NCBI GenBank assembly: GCA_963695545.1
Contig: OY968796.1
Coordinates: forward strand, 3,744,001 to 3,808,000
Direction of reading: 5' to 3'
DNA: 64,000 nt
From: Terriglobia bacterium
GTDB taxonomy: Bacteria; Acidobacteriota; Terriglobia; Acidiferrales; UBA7541
The translations under genes and the position numbers were made by a program. This document shows positions 7,702-19,417 of the stretch, in pieces; the stretch's first letter is position 1; each line of letters opens with the position of its first letter. Below the pieces are notes generated by a model. The model saw only the letters and a list, made by a program, of their open reading frames with translations, had not been told where the DNA came from and made no database searches.

Positions 7702-10176
7702 CTAGGCTCTGCGGACGGCCATGCCGGTGTGCGCGTCGACGAGCTCAAAGACTTTAGGATTGGCGCAGACTTCGTAGTAGGCGCGCGCGCTGGCGGGGCC
7801 GATGCGGCCGTCCGGCAAGAGCTGGCGAACCTGGCCTTTGCGGATGACGATGGGCTCGAGGCCATCGCCGATGGGAACTTCGCCCCAATAGAGCGTGATG
7901 CGCTCGCGGGCCCACGGCATTGCGCAATCGATTTCGGCGGGCGTTAGCGCAATCTCTTCACTGAGCTTTTGGAATCCTTCTTCATTCAGCTCGATGCCGT
8001 TCAGATTGAAGCGAATCAATAGTTCATCGGCTTCTTCTTCGACCGCGCCTTCGAGAACGGTTTGAAACAGGAACAGATTGAACAGCGACGCTTGGTGCGC
8101 GAGCAGCCGGCGCGCGAGTTTCGAGCAACTTGAGAGGCGATCGGAAAGATTGAGTGCGCGGGAAATCATGATGCGCGAATCGGCGTCCACCCAATAGGTC
8201 GGCGCAGAACCCTGATAGGCGATGCCCACGCCGAGCTCAAGGCGCGGAAGTTCTTTCGACTGCGCTTTGTCGTTATAGGCCTGGAGCACGGCCAGAATCT
8301 GGCGCGCCAAACCGCAGGACTTGGATACGGCACGTTGGCTCGAGCGATTGGCCTCGGTTTCAAAAATGGCCAGCACCAGCGCGTCGCCTTCGACGAAAAC
8401 TTTCGCGGCGCCGTAGCGATCGAGGATGCGCTTCACCGGCTCGTACAAGTTTATGCTGAACAGCGACGCGGGATTGAGGCCGCGCTCGATCAGCTCGGCC
8501 GTGATTTTCGTCGAGCCGCGCACGTCGGCCTTGATGATCGTGTGGGAAACGACCTTGTCTTCGACCGGACCGACTTCCTGCGGGAGCAGAAATTCAAACA
8601 GGCTGTTGTTCATGCGCGAAATCTCGCGCGTTTTTTCGCTGCGCACCAGATTGACGCGCTCCATGGCCGCGGTCAGGCGGTCGTAATTCCTGAGGTCGCC
8701 GCGCAGGCGCATAAAATCCTCGGCGAAGCGCAGCGCAATGGTGCGGGCTTCTTCGCGCGAAGTTTTGCGCAGTTTCTTCGCGAGATCCTCGATGCGCTGG
8801 ACGGAAAACTGGCGCGCGGGAAATTGCTTGAGGATGTCCGCGACACGCTTCATTTCCTCGCGCGCGACGAGCGCTTTTTTGAGCTGCTGCAAGTGAATGG
8901 GCGGGCAGTAATCGTGATACAGATTCCGCAGCTGATAGCTGGCCAGGATATGAATCAGAAGATCGCGCTGCTCGAGACGCTCGATCCACTGATCGAGCAG
9001 TTTTCCGCGCATTTCCGCGCCACCGGGTCCATCGCCAGTGTAGCCAACGTCAAAAAGCCGCCGCGCGTTCTCCGATTGATTCAGAAAATCGCCCAGGCGG
9101 CCCTGATACTGTTCGGAAAGAAAATCGCTTCGGCGCTTGGCAGCGTCGATTTGGGGCGAGAGCGATTCGAGGCGCTCGCCGAGGCTGGTGATACGCCGCT
9201 CGACGTCGAGAAGCTCTGTGCGCGTGTCGGCCGGTGCGGAGCGCAGCCCCACACGCGAAAGCAAGCCATCGCCGCGATCGAACTTGCGGGCGAGCGAAGC
9301 GCGTTCCTGATCGAGACGCGCGAGCTCGGCGCGCGTGGTCAATGCAGCGTCCACCAGAGCTTGATTCTGCTTCAGCGCCTCGCCCAACTCTTCGCCCTGA
9401 TCGCCGGCCAGCACCGATTCGCGCAGGAAATCGAGCAGCAACGCATCGAAAGTCTCCATGCGATCTTGGTCGCGGAGGTAGTTGCCGAGCAGAACGTAAT
9501 GATCCAGGAACATCACATCGTCGCGGCCGCCTTCGACGAACGCGAGGCGATTGTTCAGAATTTCGTAGGCACTGGAATCTTCGCCGCCAAACAGGGCGCG
9601 GCGGGATTTCGAGAGCATGGATTCGTCAATTTCGGCCAGCACGGTGTAGAGATGCTGCCCGGCCTGGCGAAAGGTGTTGCGGCGGCCTGCCTGTAGTTCG
9701 GCCAAGCGCGCTTTCATCACGTGGGCCTGCTCGCTGCGCTCGAAATATTCGCCGCGGCTGCGAATCCACTCTTTGCCTTCGAGCACCAGATTGGCGAACT
9801 GCGCGGAGATTTCCTGGGTGAGGAACTTCACGATGGCCACGCGGGCCAGAACGTCGATCTCGATATTCTTTTCGTACTTGGCGCGGGTGAGCGCGGCTTG
9901 CAGCAGATCGGTGAGCTGCTTTTTCCAGGCGCCGGTTTCAAGAGGACGAACGGCGCGGCGGTCCGTTTGAGCCAGGAACGCGAGCTGCGTGCTTTGGCGG
10001 ATGAATTCGAGAAGGTAGGCGGCGGACGTTTCGATGAAGCGCGGGCTCAGGAAAACATCATGATGAATATTATCGACACCAACGGCGAGCGAGCCGAGCG
10101 TGAGATCTGCGGTATAGGGAATCAGATTGATTCGCGCAGGGTTCAGGCCCGCGGTTAGAGACATATTTTCGGGCAT
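7702..10176 (-). CDS. Large soluble protein with coiled-coil region and C-terminal class III nucleotidyl cyclase-like domain
   Basis: IIKADVRGSTKI, FVEGDALVL, LELGVGI and ALNLSDRL resemble class III cyclase motifs. Confidence 0.7.
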   Translation of the reverse strand: MPENMSLTAGLNPARINLIPYTADLTLGSLAVGVDNIHHDVFLSPRFIETSAAYLLEFIRQSTQLAFLAQTDRRAVRPLETGAWKKQLTDLLQAALTRAKYEKNIEIDVLARVAIVKFLTQEISAQFANLVLEGKEWIRSRGEYFERSEQAHVMKARLAELQAGRRNTFRQAGQHLYTVLAEIDESMLSKSRRALFGGEDSSAYEILNNRLAFVEGGRDDVMFLDHYVLLGNYLRDQDRMETFDALLLDFLRESVLAGDQGEELGEALKQNQALVDAALTTRAELARLDQERASLARKFDRGDGLLSRVGLRSAPADTRTELLDVERRITSLGERLESLSPQIDAAKRRSDFLSEQYQGRLGDFLNQSENARRLFDVGYTGDGPGGAEMRGKLLDQWIERLEQRDLLIHILASYQLRNLYHDYCPPIHLQQLKKALVAREEMKRVADILKQFPARQFSVQRIEDLAKKLRKTSREEARTIALRFAEDFMRLRGDLRNYDRLTAAMERVNLVRSEKTREISRMNNSLFEFLLPQEVGPVEDKVVSHTIIKADVRGSTKITAELIERGLNPASLFSINLYEPVKRILDRYGAAKVFVEGDALVLAIFETEANRSSQRAVSKSCGLARQILAVLQAYNDKAQSKELPRLELGVGIAYQGSAPTYWVDADSRIMISRALNLSDRLSSCSKLARRLLAHQASLFNLFLFQTVLEGAVEEEADELLIRFNLNGIELNEEGFQKLSEEIALTPAEIDCAMPWARERITLYWGEVPIGDGLEPIVIRKGQVRQLLPDGRIGPASARAYYEVCANPKVFELVDAHTGMAVRRA

Positions 10177-10296
10177 GAATGCGCTCGGGAGACCTCAATC
10201 GAGCGTAACAAGCCACGGAAGGCAGGGCAAGACGGCGGCGCTAAGTCGTTAACAGCGGCGTTGTTACGATGAAAGCGGCGGTGGGGAGGCGCGGCG

Positions 10297-10773
10297 TTAT
10301 GGCCTGCGCACGGTGATGCGGCGCGCATCAGCGCCCAGGTGTTCGAGCGAGATTTCCAGGCGCGGCCAGTCGTTCGCGAGGTGAAATTTCTCGGACCATT
10401 CGACGATGAGGATGGCCGATTCGGAAAGGGCGTCCTCAAGGCCGAGGGTTTCGAGATCGTGGAAATTCTCGATGCGGTAAAGATCGGCGTGATAGACCTT
10501 GGTGGGTTTTTCAGAATCGCCGGCGTGCGCGGAGCGGGACGCGTTTTGAAACACGTGGACCAGCGTGAAGGTGGGGCTGGTGACTTCTTCCTCGCGCGCG
10601 GCACCGAGTCCGCTGATGATTCCTTTGGCCAATGTGGTTTTGCCGCTGCCGAGATCGCCGTAGAGCAGCACCAGGAGCGGCGGCTTCATTCCGGCAGCTA
10701 ATTCCCTGCCGTGCGCGATGGTTTCTTCCGCGGATTGCGTGACGAAGGCTGCTGGCCGCGATTCAGCAGGCAC
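10297..10773 (-). CDS. tsaE: tRNA threonylcarbamoyladenosine biosynthesis ATPase TsaE
   Basis: GDLGSGKTT P-loop, VTSPTFTL, YHADLYR, IVEW; GTG start overlapping nnr stop. Confidence 0.93.
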   Translation of the reverse strand: MPAESRPAAFVTQSAEETIAHGRELAAGMKPPLLVLLYGDLGSGKTTLAKGIISGLGAAREEEVTSPTFTLVHVFQNASRSAHAGDSEKPTKVYHADLYRIENFHDLETLGLEDALSESAILIVEWSEKFHLANDWPRLEISLEHLGADARRITVRRP

Positions 10774-12379
10774 GGTCGCGCTCCGCGAGGAGTTGGCGGA
10801 ACGCCGCAGGCAGCGCATCCAGCAGATCGCTCGCGACGAGCGGAATTTCGCCCACGCTGGACGCCGCGATATCTCCGGCGAGGCCATGCAGGTACACGCC
10901 GAGGCCCACGACGCGCAGCCAGTCTTCAACGCCGAATTGAGCGGTGAGACCCGCGAGAATTCCGGTCAGTGCGTCGCCGGTTCCGGCGGTGGCCATGCCG
11001 GGATTGCCGGTGGTGTTCACGAAGGCGCGGCCATCGGGCGCGGCCACGATGGTGTGAAAACCTTTAAGCACCACGATCGCGCCCCAACGATTCGCGGCTT
11101 CGAGTGCGGTGTCGAGGCGGCGCGCTTGAATTTCCGAAATTGTGCGACCGAGGAGGCGCGCCATTTCGCCGGGGTGAGGAGTGAGCGTGAGCGAGGGCAT
11201 TTTGCGATCGCTCAGTTGATCGGCGCAACCGTCGTAGGCGTTCAAGCCGTCGGCATCGAGAATTATTGGAACTTCGGAGCGCTCGACGACGGTGTGCACG
11301 AAGTCTCGAGTCTCCGGGTTTGTCGAGAGGCCCGGCCCAATCGCAAGCACGGATTTTTTCGCGGCGATCTCGGCGAAGCGGCCGTAATCGAGGGCGTGAA
11401 GTCCGATCGAGCCCGTGTCGGTGGAGACCATGGGCACGGTCATGATTTCGGGCATGCCGCCGGCAACGATGGGCAACGCCTCGGCGGCCGTGGCCACGGT
11501 GACCAGGCCCGCGCCCGCGCGCAATGCGCCGCGCGACGATAAAATCGCCGCGCCGGACTTGCCGAGCGAGCCGGCGACGATCAGCGCGTGGCCGTAGCTG
11601 CCTTTGTTCGATTCCAGCGGGCGGATCAGCGGGATGGAGCGAAATTCACCGGGTTCGAGCCAATGCAATTTCAAATGCGCGTCTGAATCGAGCAGCTCGC
11701 GCGGCGTGCCGATCTGGCGAACCACAAGGCGGCCGACGTGGTCCGCGCGCGGTGAAACAAGTTGGCCGACCTTCGGCGCGGTGAAGGTTACGGTGCAATC
11801 GGCCTTTACGACCGGGCCATCGATATCGTGCGCGTCGGAGCCGAGGCCGGATGGCATGTCGACAGCGAGAATGAAAGGCGGACGCTCGCCCGGCGGCCGT
11901 TGCGCAGCGCGCGTGGCGTTGAGGTCGTCAATTACGCTCGCGAGGAAACCGGTGACCGGGCCGCGCAGGCCAGTTCCGAGCAGCGCATCGACAATGATTC
12001 CGGCGCCTTGGAGCGCGGAGCGCGCGGCCTGCCATTCAGATTCGCTTGCGGCCAGTTGCAGATCGCCGAGGCTCTGGCGCCAGCGCTTGAGATTTGCGGC
12101 AGCGTCGCCCGAGAGGGATTCAGGATCGGCACAAAGCACGACAAGCGGCGCGAGGCCGCGTTCGCGAAGAACGCGCGCGACAACCAATCCATCGCCGCCG
12201 TTATTTCCTTTGCCGCAGAAGATCACGATTTTGCGCGCTTCGAGATCGGGGCATGCTTCGCGCAAAAAGTCGGCGACGGCCGTGCCTGCGCGGTCCATTA
12301 GCGTGAGGCTGGGAATTCCGTAGCGCTCGGTGGTGAGCCGGTCGGCTTCGCGCATTTGCTCGGCGGTGAGGAGTTTCAT
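10763..12379 (-). CDS. nnr: Bifunctional NAD(P)H-hydrate epimerase/dehydratase
   Basis: CGKGNNGGDG, DALLGTG, AVDMPSG, LDADGLN, TPHPGEMARL, GMATAGTGD. Confidence 0.95.
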   Translation of the reverse strand: MKLLTAEQMREADRLTTERYGIPSLTLMDRAGTAVADFLREACPDLEARKIVIFCGKGNNGGDGLVVARVLRERGLAPLVVLCADPESLSGDAAANLKRWRQSLGDLQLAASESEWQAARSALQGAGIIVDALLGTGLRGPVTGFLASVIDDLNATRAAQRPPGERPPFILAVDMPSGLGSDAHDIDGPVVKADCTVTFTAPKVGQLVSPRADHVGRLVVRQIGTPRELLDSDAHLKLHWLEPGEFRSIPLIRPLESNKGSYGHALIVAGSLGKSGAAILSSRGALRAGAGLVTVATAAEALPIVAGGMPEIMTVPMVSTDTGSIGLHALDYGRFAEIAAKKSVLAIGPGLSTNPETRDFVHTVVERSEVPIILDADGLNAYDGCADQLSDRKMPSLTLTPHPGEMARLLGRTISEIQARRLDTALEAANRWGAIVVLKGFHTIVAAPDGRAFVNTTGNPGMATAGTGDALTGILAGLTAQFGVEDWLRVVGLGVYLHGLAGDIAASSVGEIPLVASDLLDALPAAFRQLLAERDRAC

Positions 12380-12409
12380 GGGATCGCCCGCGGCGGGAAC
12401 GCCTTCGGC

Positions 12410-13919
12410 TCAGTCTGCGTCTTGCGGCAGCCGCGGCTTGCCCAGGCGGCTGTGATGCCGGCTGTAGCTGAAATAAATGATCAGGCCGACTACCAGCCAC
12501 ACGAAGAGGCGCAGCCAGTTCGCGGCGGGCAACGAAAACATCAGCATCAGGCAGCACAAAATGCCGAGGATCGGCACGATCGGACCGAACGGCGCGCGAA
12601 ACGGACGATGCACTTCCGGATGCGTGCGCCGCATGATCATCACCGCCGCGCAGACGATCACGAACGCCAGCAGCGTGCCGATATTTACCAGCTCGGCGAG
12701 AACGCGCAGCGGAAGAAACGCGGCCATGATCGCCACGCACGTGCCGGTCAAAATTGTGGACTTCCAAGGCGTGCGAAACTTTTCGTGCACCGCTGCGAAA
12801 AATTTGGGCGGCAGCAAGCCGTCGCGCGCCATGGCCAGAAAAATTCGCGCCTGGCTCAGCATCATTACAAGCAGCACCGAAGTGATGCCCGCGATGGCCC
12901 CGATCGAAACCAGGAACTGACGCCCACGGCAGACCGACCTGACGAAATGCGTACCGAAACCGGAGCGTCAATATTGAGCTTGTTGTAGGGAACCATTCCG
13001 GTGAGCACAATGGCCATCGCAATATAGAGGACCGTGCAGAGAATCAGGGAGGTCATGATCCCGATGGGCACATCGCGGGAGGGATTTTTGGCCTCCTCGG
13101 CGTGCGTCGAAATCGAATCGAATCCGATGTAGGCGAAGAAAACGATGGCTGCGCCCGCGAGCATGCCCAGCGGCGAACCGGTGGGTCCGGTCTGCCCGAT
13201 CAGGGTGTGGCCGAAGAATGCGAAACCCGCCATGCCGAAGGGCGCGAACGGCTTCCAATTTGCGGGGTTCACATACCGCGCGCCGACGATGATGACCAAG
13301 AAAGACGATCGCGAGTTTCAGAATCACGATGCCGGCGTTGAATGCAGGCGCTTTCGCTGATGCCCTTGACGAGAATCATGGTGATCAGCAAGGTGATGGC
13401 AATCGCCGGCAGGTCGAACCAGGTCCCGGTGAGCACGAGTTTTCCGCTGACCGGATTGTAATCGAACGGCGCGTTCGAGTAGTGGTGCGGCACATGCACG
13501 TGGAAAAATGTAATGAAGTCCTGAAAATAATGCGACCAGCCGTGGGCCACGGTTGAGGATGCGACGGCGTATTCCAGAATCAGATCCCAGCCGATGATCC
13601 AGGCGAATAATTCGCCCAGCGTCGCATAGGCGTACGTATACGCCGATCCGGCCACCGGCACCATCGAAGCGAACTCGGCATAGCACAGCGCCGCAAAAAC
13701 GCAGGTCATTCCCGCGACGACAAACGAAAGCATCAGAGCCGGGCCCGCGCAGTCATGCGCAGCGACTCCCACGAGCACGAAAATTCCCGTGCCGATGATC
13801 GCGCCCACGCCGAGGCTCGTGAGTTGAACGGGACCGAGCACGCGCTTCAGGCGGCTGTGGTCGCGAAGCTCTTCCATCAGCGTTTCGTGAGATTTGGTGG
13901 CGAACAGTTGGTTTGCCAT
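12410..13919 (-). pseudogene. APC-family amino acid permease split by four +1 frameshifts (pseudogene or sequence errors)
   Basis: LGVGAIIGTGIF, GSAYTYAY, FFAYIGFD and RPFRAP lie in successive frames; removing one base near 13346, 13302, 12953 and 12920 gives a 501-aa ORF. Confidence 0.8.
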
Positions 13920-14012
13920 GTTCCCTTTCAATTGCGCGATGCCAGGTTGCGCGCAATCGCCGCAGCCCACAAAATTCAGCGCATCGCTCGCCGGATCAGG
14001 CGCCGCGCAAGA

Positions 14013-15594
14013 CTAATCGGCCGCGGGCGCTGCCGAGCGCTTGCGCCATATCCAGTATACCGGCGCGCCGCACAAGACGATCACGAGACCCGGCCAGGCT
14101 GTCTGCGTGTTATACAACAGCAGAGCCACCAAGATGACGCAGGCCGCAAGAATATATAGCGCAGGAATCACGGGATAACCGAACGCCCGGTAGGGGCGCT
14201 CGGCATCCGGCTTGAGGCGCCGCAGGCGGAACAGGCCGAGAATCGTCAACACGTAGAAGATCAGAACGGCGAAGACCACGTAGTCGAGCAGATCGCTATA
14301 GAGATTGCCATAGGTGACCGCGCCGGTGAGCGGATCGAGCCGCCGCGTGCGCAAGAGCACTAGGATTGCGGCCCAGAGTCCTTGGAGACGCAACCCCATC
14401 GCGGGAACGTGCTTGCGATTGAGGCGACCGATGCCGCGAAAAAACAGGCCGTCGCGCGCCATGGCATAATACACGCGCGAGCCGGCGAGTATCAAACCGT
14501 TGGCGCAGCCGAACGTCGAAATCATGATGCCGAGCGCCATGATGCCCGCGCCGGCGGAGCCGAAAATCACTCCGAGCGTGGCGGTCGCGACGCGATCGTC
14601 GGGTGCGGTTTGAATTTGGGCCAGCGAGAGCGTCATCAAATACGCGAGATTGGCCAGCAGATAGAGTGTGATAACGATGCAGGTGCCGAGCGCGAGCGAG
14701 AGAGGAACGTCGCGTCGCGGATTTTTCACTTCGCCGGCGGTGAAAGTGATGTTGTTCCAGGCGTCGGCGGAGAAAAGCGAACCGACTTGCGCCACGCCAA
14801 ACACGATGACTAGCGCGTAAATTCCGCCCGTGGCGGAGACGGAAGGAATGTAGCGCGCGAGGAACGACGCGCCGGGCGCGATGGTTTGCGGATTGTGCAG
14901 CGCCCAGAGCGACGAAAAGTTTGCGTGCATGGCCGCGGCGCTGCGTCCCCATAAAATTCCCAGAAGAATCAGGCCGGCGAGGGCCAGCGTCTTCGCCGAT
15001 GTGAAAACGTTCTGGATAATCTTGCCCAGACTGATGCCGCGCGTGTTGACCCAAGTGAGCAACACAATCAGCGCGACTCCCACGAGCTGTTGCCGCGAGA
15101 GGCTGATTGCGTATTTCGCGGACAGCCGCAGCGGAGGAACGATCCAGGCCACTGGAGAAATCGAGGGCGCAAGCACGCCGAGATATCGCGCGAAGCCCAC
15201 AGCAACGGCGGCGATCGTGCCCGTCTGAATCACGAGGAAAAGCTGTCCAACCGTAGAGGAAACCCCAGAGAGGCGAATAGCTTTCGCGCAAATAAACGTA
15301 CTGTCCGCCGGCCTTGGGCATCATCGCGGCGAGTTCGCCGTACGAGAGGGCCGCGGCGATGGTCAGCGCTCCGGTGACGACCCAGGTGAGCAGCAGGCCG
15401 CCGACCGAGCCGGTTAAACGCGAAATGTCAGCCGAGACAATGAAAATGCCCGAGCCGATCATCGAGCCGACGACGAGCATTGTGGAATCGAACAGGCCGA
15501 GGCTGCGAACGAATCCGACAGTCGAAGTGGATTGTGCGTCGAGTGTGCTTGCGGCAGCATCGCGCTCAGGATTCTTTGGGCTCATCTCGCTCAT
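14013..15594 (-). pseudogene. APC-family (LAT-like) amino acid permease with one +1 frameshift
   Basis: GSMIGSGIF and AGGQYVYL in one frame, IQTGTIAAVA and FSADAWNN in another; shift near 15240. Confidence 0.8.
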
Positions 15595-16235
15595 CGGGGC
15601 GCACCGATCGTTTCGGCTGCGATCGCCAAATACTCTTCCGCGCGCGCGCCGGAATTTTGGGCGCGAAGCAGATCGCTTGCGACCGCCAGCGAATCGGCGC
15701 CGAATCGATAGACATCGCGCGCGCGCGCTAGCGTGATGCCGCCAATGGCCACGAGCGGCTTGCGCGTGAGCGCGCGAGCGGCGCGCAAGCCGTCGAGGCC
15801 GACAAGCGCGTCAGGTTTCGATTTTGTTGTAGTGGGAAAAATCGGACCGAAAGCGATGTAATCGGCCGACGTGCGATCCGCCGCGCGCACTTGATCCAGC
15901 GTGTGCGTTGAAACTCCGATCCATAGCGAGGGCCCACAAATCGCGCGCGCCCGTTCGACATCGAGATCCTGCTGGCCGACGTGCACGCCGCCCGCGCCCG
16001 CGAGCAGCGCGATATCCACGCGATCGTTGACGATCAATCGCACGCGCGTGGAATCGAGAGAACGCGCAAGCTCGGTTGCGATTTCGAGTTGAGCGCGCGA
16101 GTCGGATTGCTTGGCGCGGACTTGCATGAGCCGGCAGCCGGATTCGGCAAGTGTTTCGGCAAGCGCGACCCAACGCGCGGGGTCGTCGCTTGCGATCAGC
16201 GCGTCATCCAGGACGGCGTAGAGCGTCGGGAACAC
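15591..16235 (-). CDS. thiE: Thiamine-phosphate synthase
   Basis: LIVNDRVDIA, GVHVGQQD, GVSTH, GPIFPTTTK, VAIGGI. Confidence 0.93.
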   Translation of the reverse strand: MFPTLYAVLDDALIASDDPARWVALAETLAESGCRLMQVRAKQSDSRAQLEIATELARSLDSTRVRLIVNDRVDIALLAGAGGVHVGQQDLDVERARAICGPSLWIGVSTHTLDQVRAADRTSADYIAFGPIFPTTTKSKPDALVGLDGLRAARALTRKPLVAIGGITLARARDVYRFGADSLAVASDLLRAQNSGARAEEYLAIAAETIGAPR

Positions 16236-16245
16236 GTGCGCCCCC

Positions 16246-17601
16246 CTAGCGATGCCCCGCGGTTACGGACGCGTAGCGGTCCATGAAATGAGTGTCGAGC
16301 CGGCCGGCCTCGAAATCCGGATCGGCGAGTATGCGACGATGAAGCGGGATCGAGGTTTTGATCCCTTCGATGACGAACATTTCAAGAGCGCGGCGCATGC
16401 GCGCAATGGCTTCGCCGCGATCGCGCCCGCGCACGATGAGTTTCGCGACGAGCGAATCGTAATAGGGCGGAATCACGGCGTCGGCATACACAGCGGTGTC
16501 CACGCGAATGCCCGTGCCGCCGGGCTGCTGGAAGACGGTGATGCGCCCGGGCGAGGGCGCGAACGTGTCCGGATCCTCGGCGTTGACGCGGCATTCGATG
16601 CTGTGGCCGCGCGCCTGGAGCTTGCCGACTACATTTTCAAGATGTTCGCCGGCCGCCACGCGCACCTGCGATTTGACCAGGTCGACGTTGGTGACCATTT
16701 CCGTGACGGGATGCTCGACCTGAATGCGCGCGTTCATTTCGATGAAATAAAACGCGCCGTCTTCGTCCATCAGGAATTCCACGGTGCCGGCGCCGCAATA
16801 TCCGATACCTTCGAGAGCGCGCACCACCTGCGCGCCCAACTCCTCGCGCCGCCCGGGGCCAATGGCCGTCGACGGCGATTCCTCGATCAGCTTCTGGTGG
16901 CGGCGCTGGATGCTGCACTCGCGTTCGCCGAGATGCATCACGCGGCCATGCATATCTCCCATCACCTGAAATTCGATGTGGCGTGGACGCTCGATGAATC
17001 GCTCGAGATAAACATCGGGCACGCCAAAAGCCTGCTGCGCTTCGGCGCGCGCGGTGGCGAAATGCGCAGGCAGCTCGTCTTTGCCGCGCACCACGCGCAT
17101 TCCGCGACCGCCGCCGCCGGCGGAAGCTTTGATGATCACGGGGTAGCCGATGCGCTCGGCCTCAGTCAGAGCCGCGGCTTCATCGGCCAGGATTCCGTCC
17201 GAACCGGGAACGATCGGCAGTCCCGCGGCGGACATCTCGCGCCGCGCCTGCTCCTTTTCACCCATCAGGCGCAGGATGTCGGGCGAAGGACCGATGAAGG
17301 CGATGTGCGAAGCTTCGCAAACTTCCGCGAAATTCGCGTTCTCCGAAAGAAAGCCATAACCGGGATGGATGGCGTCGACGTTGGTGATTTCCGCGGCGCT
17401 GATCACGTGAGGAATATTGAGATAGCTTTCTGACGAGCGCGGCGGTCCGATGCACACGGCTTCGTCAGCGAAGCGAACGTGCAGCGAATTTCGATCCGCT
17501 TCGGAGTAGACGGCGACGGTCTTGATGCCGAGTTCCTTGCAGGCGCAGATCACCCGCAAAGCGATTTCACCGCGATTGGCAATGAGAATTTTTCGGAACA
17601 T
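16246..17601 (-). CDS. accC: Acetyl-CoA carboxylase biotin carboxylase subunit
   Basis: [49 protein letters not shown]. Confidence 0.96.
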   Translation of the reverse strand: MFRKILIANRGEIALRVICACKELGIKTVAVYSEADRNSLHVRFADEAVCIGPPRSSESYLNIPHVISAAEITNVDAIHPGYGFLSENANFAEVCEASHIAFIGPSPDILRLMGEKEQARREMSAAGLPIVPGSDGILADEAAALTEAERIGYPVIIKASAGGGGRGMRVVRGKDELPAHFATARAEAQQAFGVPDVYLERFIERPRHIEFQVMGDMHGRVMHLGERECSIQRRHQKLIEESPSTAIGPGRREELGAQVVRALEGIGYCGAGTVEFLMDEDGAFYFIEMNARIQVEHPVTEMVTNVDLVKSQVRVAAGEHLENVVGKLQARGHSIECRVNAEDPDTFAPSPGRITVFQQPGGTGIRVDTAVYADAVIPPYYDSLVAKLIVRGRDRGEAIARMRRALEMFVIEGIKTSIPLHRRILADPDFEAGRLDTHFMDRYASVTAGHR

Positions 17602-17630
17602 GTTGCCCTGGGGCCCGGATCGGACCGAAC

Positions 17631-18254
17631 TTACTTCTTCCCAGCCGGACGAAGCGAAAACAGCGGTTCGCCGTATTCCACCGGCTGGCCGTTCTCGACG
17701 AACACGCGAACCACTTCGCCGCCGACGTCTGCTTCAATTTCGTTCATCAACTTCATGGCCTCGATGATACACACCACTTGGCCCACAGCAACCGCGTCGC
17801 CTACCTTCACGAACGCGTTCGCGTCTGGACTTGGCGCGGAATAATAGGTGCCGACGATCGGAGATTTTATGACGTGAAGGTTTGCGTCTTCATCCGGATC
17901 CGCCGGTTCGGAAGGATCCGGCGATCGGCGCGGCGCCTCCTTGCGGCGTTCGGCGCTTGAGTCCTGCTCCCACGGCGCGGGCGGATTGGCCGATGGCTCG
18001 CGCGGAACCACGATTTCCGGGCGCGGGGGCAACGAGCGAGGCGCTGAATTGGAATCGGTGAACGCTTTCTTCAGGCGGATACGCAAATCGCCGCTGGCGT
18101 ATTCAAATTCTTCGAGGCCGTTCTGCGACATGAACGCCAACAACTGTTCGAGCTGCCGCAGGTCCACACCGGGCACGGCAAGCGCTTTGCTGTCGGATGA
18201 TGTCTTGCCCGCGTCTTTCGGGGCCGACGATCTCTTCGGTTTGTTCCGTTTCAT
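17631..18254 (-). CDS. accB: Biotin carboxyl carrier protein
   Basis: [17 protein letters not shown] biotinylation motif; adjacent to accC. Confidence 0.95.
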   Translation of the reverse strand: MKRNKPKRSSAPKDAGKTSSDSKALAVPGVDLRQLEQLLAFMSQNGLEEFEYASGDLRIRLKKAFTDSNSAPRSLPPRPEIVVPREPSANPPAPWEQDSSAERRKEAPRRSPDPSEPADPDEDANLHVIKSPIVGTYYSAPSPDANAFVKVGDAVAVGQVVCIIEAMKLMNEIEADVGGEVVRVFVENGQPVEYGEPLFSLRPAGKK

Positions 18255-18260
18255 CTGGCG

Positions 18261-19343
18261 TTAGAGTTCCAACAGGTCCCGCCCTAGAGTGGTGAGCAAC
18301 TCCGAGCCACTCGGCGTGACCCAGGCGTCGTCTTCAATGCGGATGCCGCCAACTCCTTCGATGTAAACCCCGGGCTCGATGGTCACAACCGATCCGGCCT
18401 GAAGCCGCGTTTGCTGGCCCCGGCCGAGCCGTGGCGCTTCGTGAATCTCAAGGCCCAGGCCGTGCCCGGTGCTGTGTACGAAATAACGTCCGAGCTTATT
18501 TCGCGTCAAGACTTGCCGCGCGGCGTGGTCGATATCCTGCGCCTGCGCGCCGGGATGCAACGCGTCACAGGCTGCCCCGTGGGCATCTTGCACCGCCTGA
18601 TACCACCGTCGCACTCTCGCGGGAGCGCGTCCCACGAAAACCGTCCGCGTCAAATCGCTGCAATAGCGGCGCAGTATAGCACCCAGGTCTAACACGACCA
18701 ACTCATTTTTGCCGATGCGGCGCTCGGTTGGCCGCGCGTGAGGCAGCGCCGAGCGCGGGCCTGACGCGACGATGGCGTCAAAGGATTCGCCCGTAGCTCC
18801 TTTGCGGCGAAAACGATAGCCGATTTCGGCGGCGAGGTCCAGTTCGCGCACGCCGGGCCGGACCAGACCAATTACCTCTTGCATGACCTGGACAGCAAGC
18901 TTGCCGGCCTCGCGAATTGTCGCGACCTCGGCCGCGCTCTTGATGGCCCGGAGATCCTCGACGATGCCCTCCGCGGCGTGCCAGCGCACCTTTGAGCCGG
19001 CGGCCTTATGCAGGGCGTGCCAGGTCGAAAGCGTGAGGTGCGTAGGGGAATACGCTACCGTGAGCTTCAAGCGGGAGAGACGCGTTCCAACAGTCGACGT
19101 CAGGGAGCCGCGCTGGATTACGAGCTTGGCCCCGGGAGCTTCCTCATGCGCCTGAACCGTAAAGCGCCCATCGGTGAACAGGGTGGTGCGGTGTTCTTCC
19201 ACGAGTAGATAACCGGAGTCTCCGGTGAACCCGCAAAGATAGACGATGTTCGGAGGATGGGTGACCAGCAGCGCATCCGCGCGCTTTGCGTGCAGCGCGG
19301 CGCGAACTTGAGCAATTCTCTTGGCGTAGAAAGGAGCGTCCAT
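18261..19343 (-). CDS. Xaa-Pro aminopeptidase (M24 family)
   Basis: SDLTRT, HSTGHGLGLEIHE, TIEPGVY, GIRIEDD. Confidence 0.93.
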   Translation of the reverse strand: MDAPFYAKRIAQVRAALHAKRADALLVTHPPNIVYLCGFTGDSGYLLVEEHRTTLFTDGRFTVQAHEEAPGAKLVIQRGSLTSTVGTRLSRLKLTVAYSPTHLTLSTWHALHKAAGSKVRWHAAEGIVEDLRAIKSAAEVATIREAGKLAVQVMQEVIGLVRPGVRELDLAAEIGYRFRRKGATGESFDAIVASGPRSALPHARPTERRIGKNELVVLDLGAILRRYCSDLTRTVFVGRAPARVRRWYQAVQDAHGAACDALHPGAQAQDIDHAARQVLTRNKLGRYFVHSTGHGLGLEIHEAPRLGRGQQTRLQAGSVVTIEPGVYIEGVGGIRIEDDAWVTPSGSELLTTLGRDLLEL

Positions 19344-19417
19344 GATCCTGGCGGGCTGAGAGGAGAGCCCGTATGCGTACCCTGACGCGCTCTAATTATC
19401 GCCCGCGCCCGGGCAAG

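Noticed and set aside
12900..13350. Programmed frameshifting or RNA editing in the permease
   Set aside because: No slippery heptamers or long homopolymers; sequence error is far more parsimonious.
15591..16260. TPP riboswitch before thiE (and before thiG at 57920)
   Set aside because: Intergenic gaps are only 10 and 72 nt and lack the CUGAGA core.
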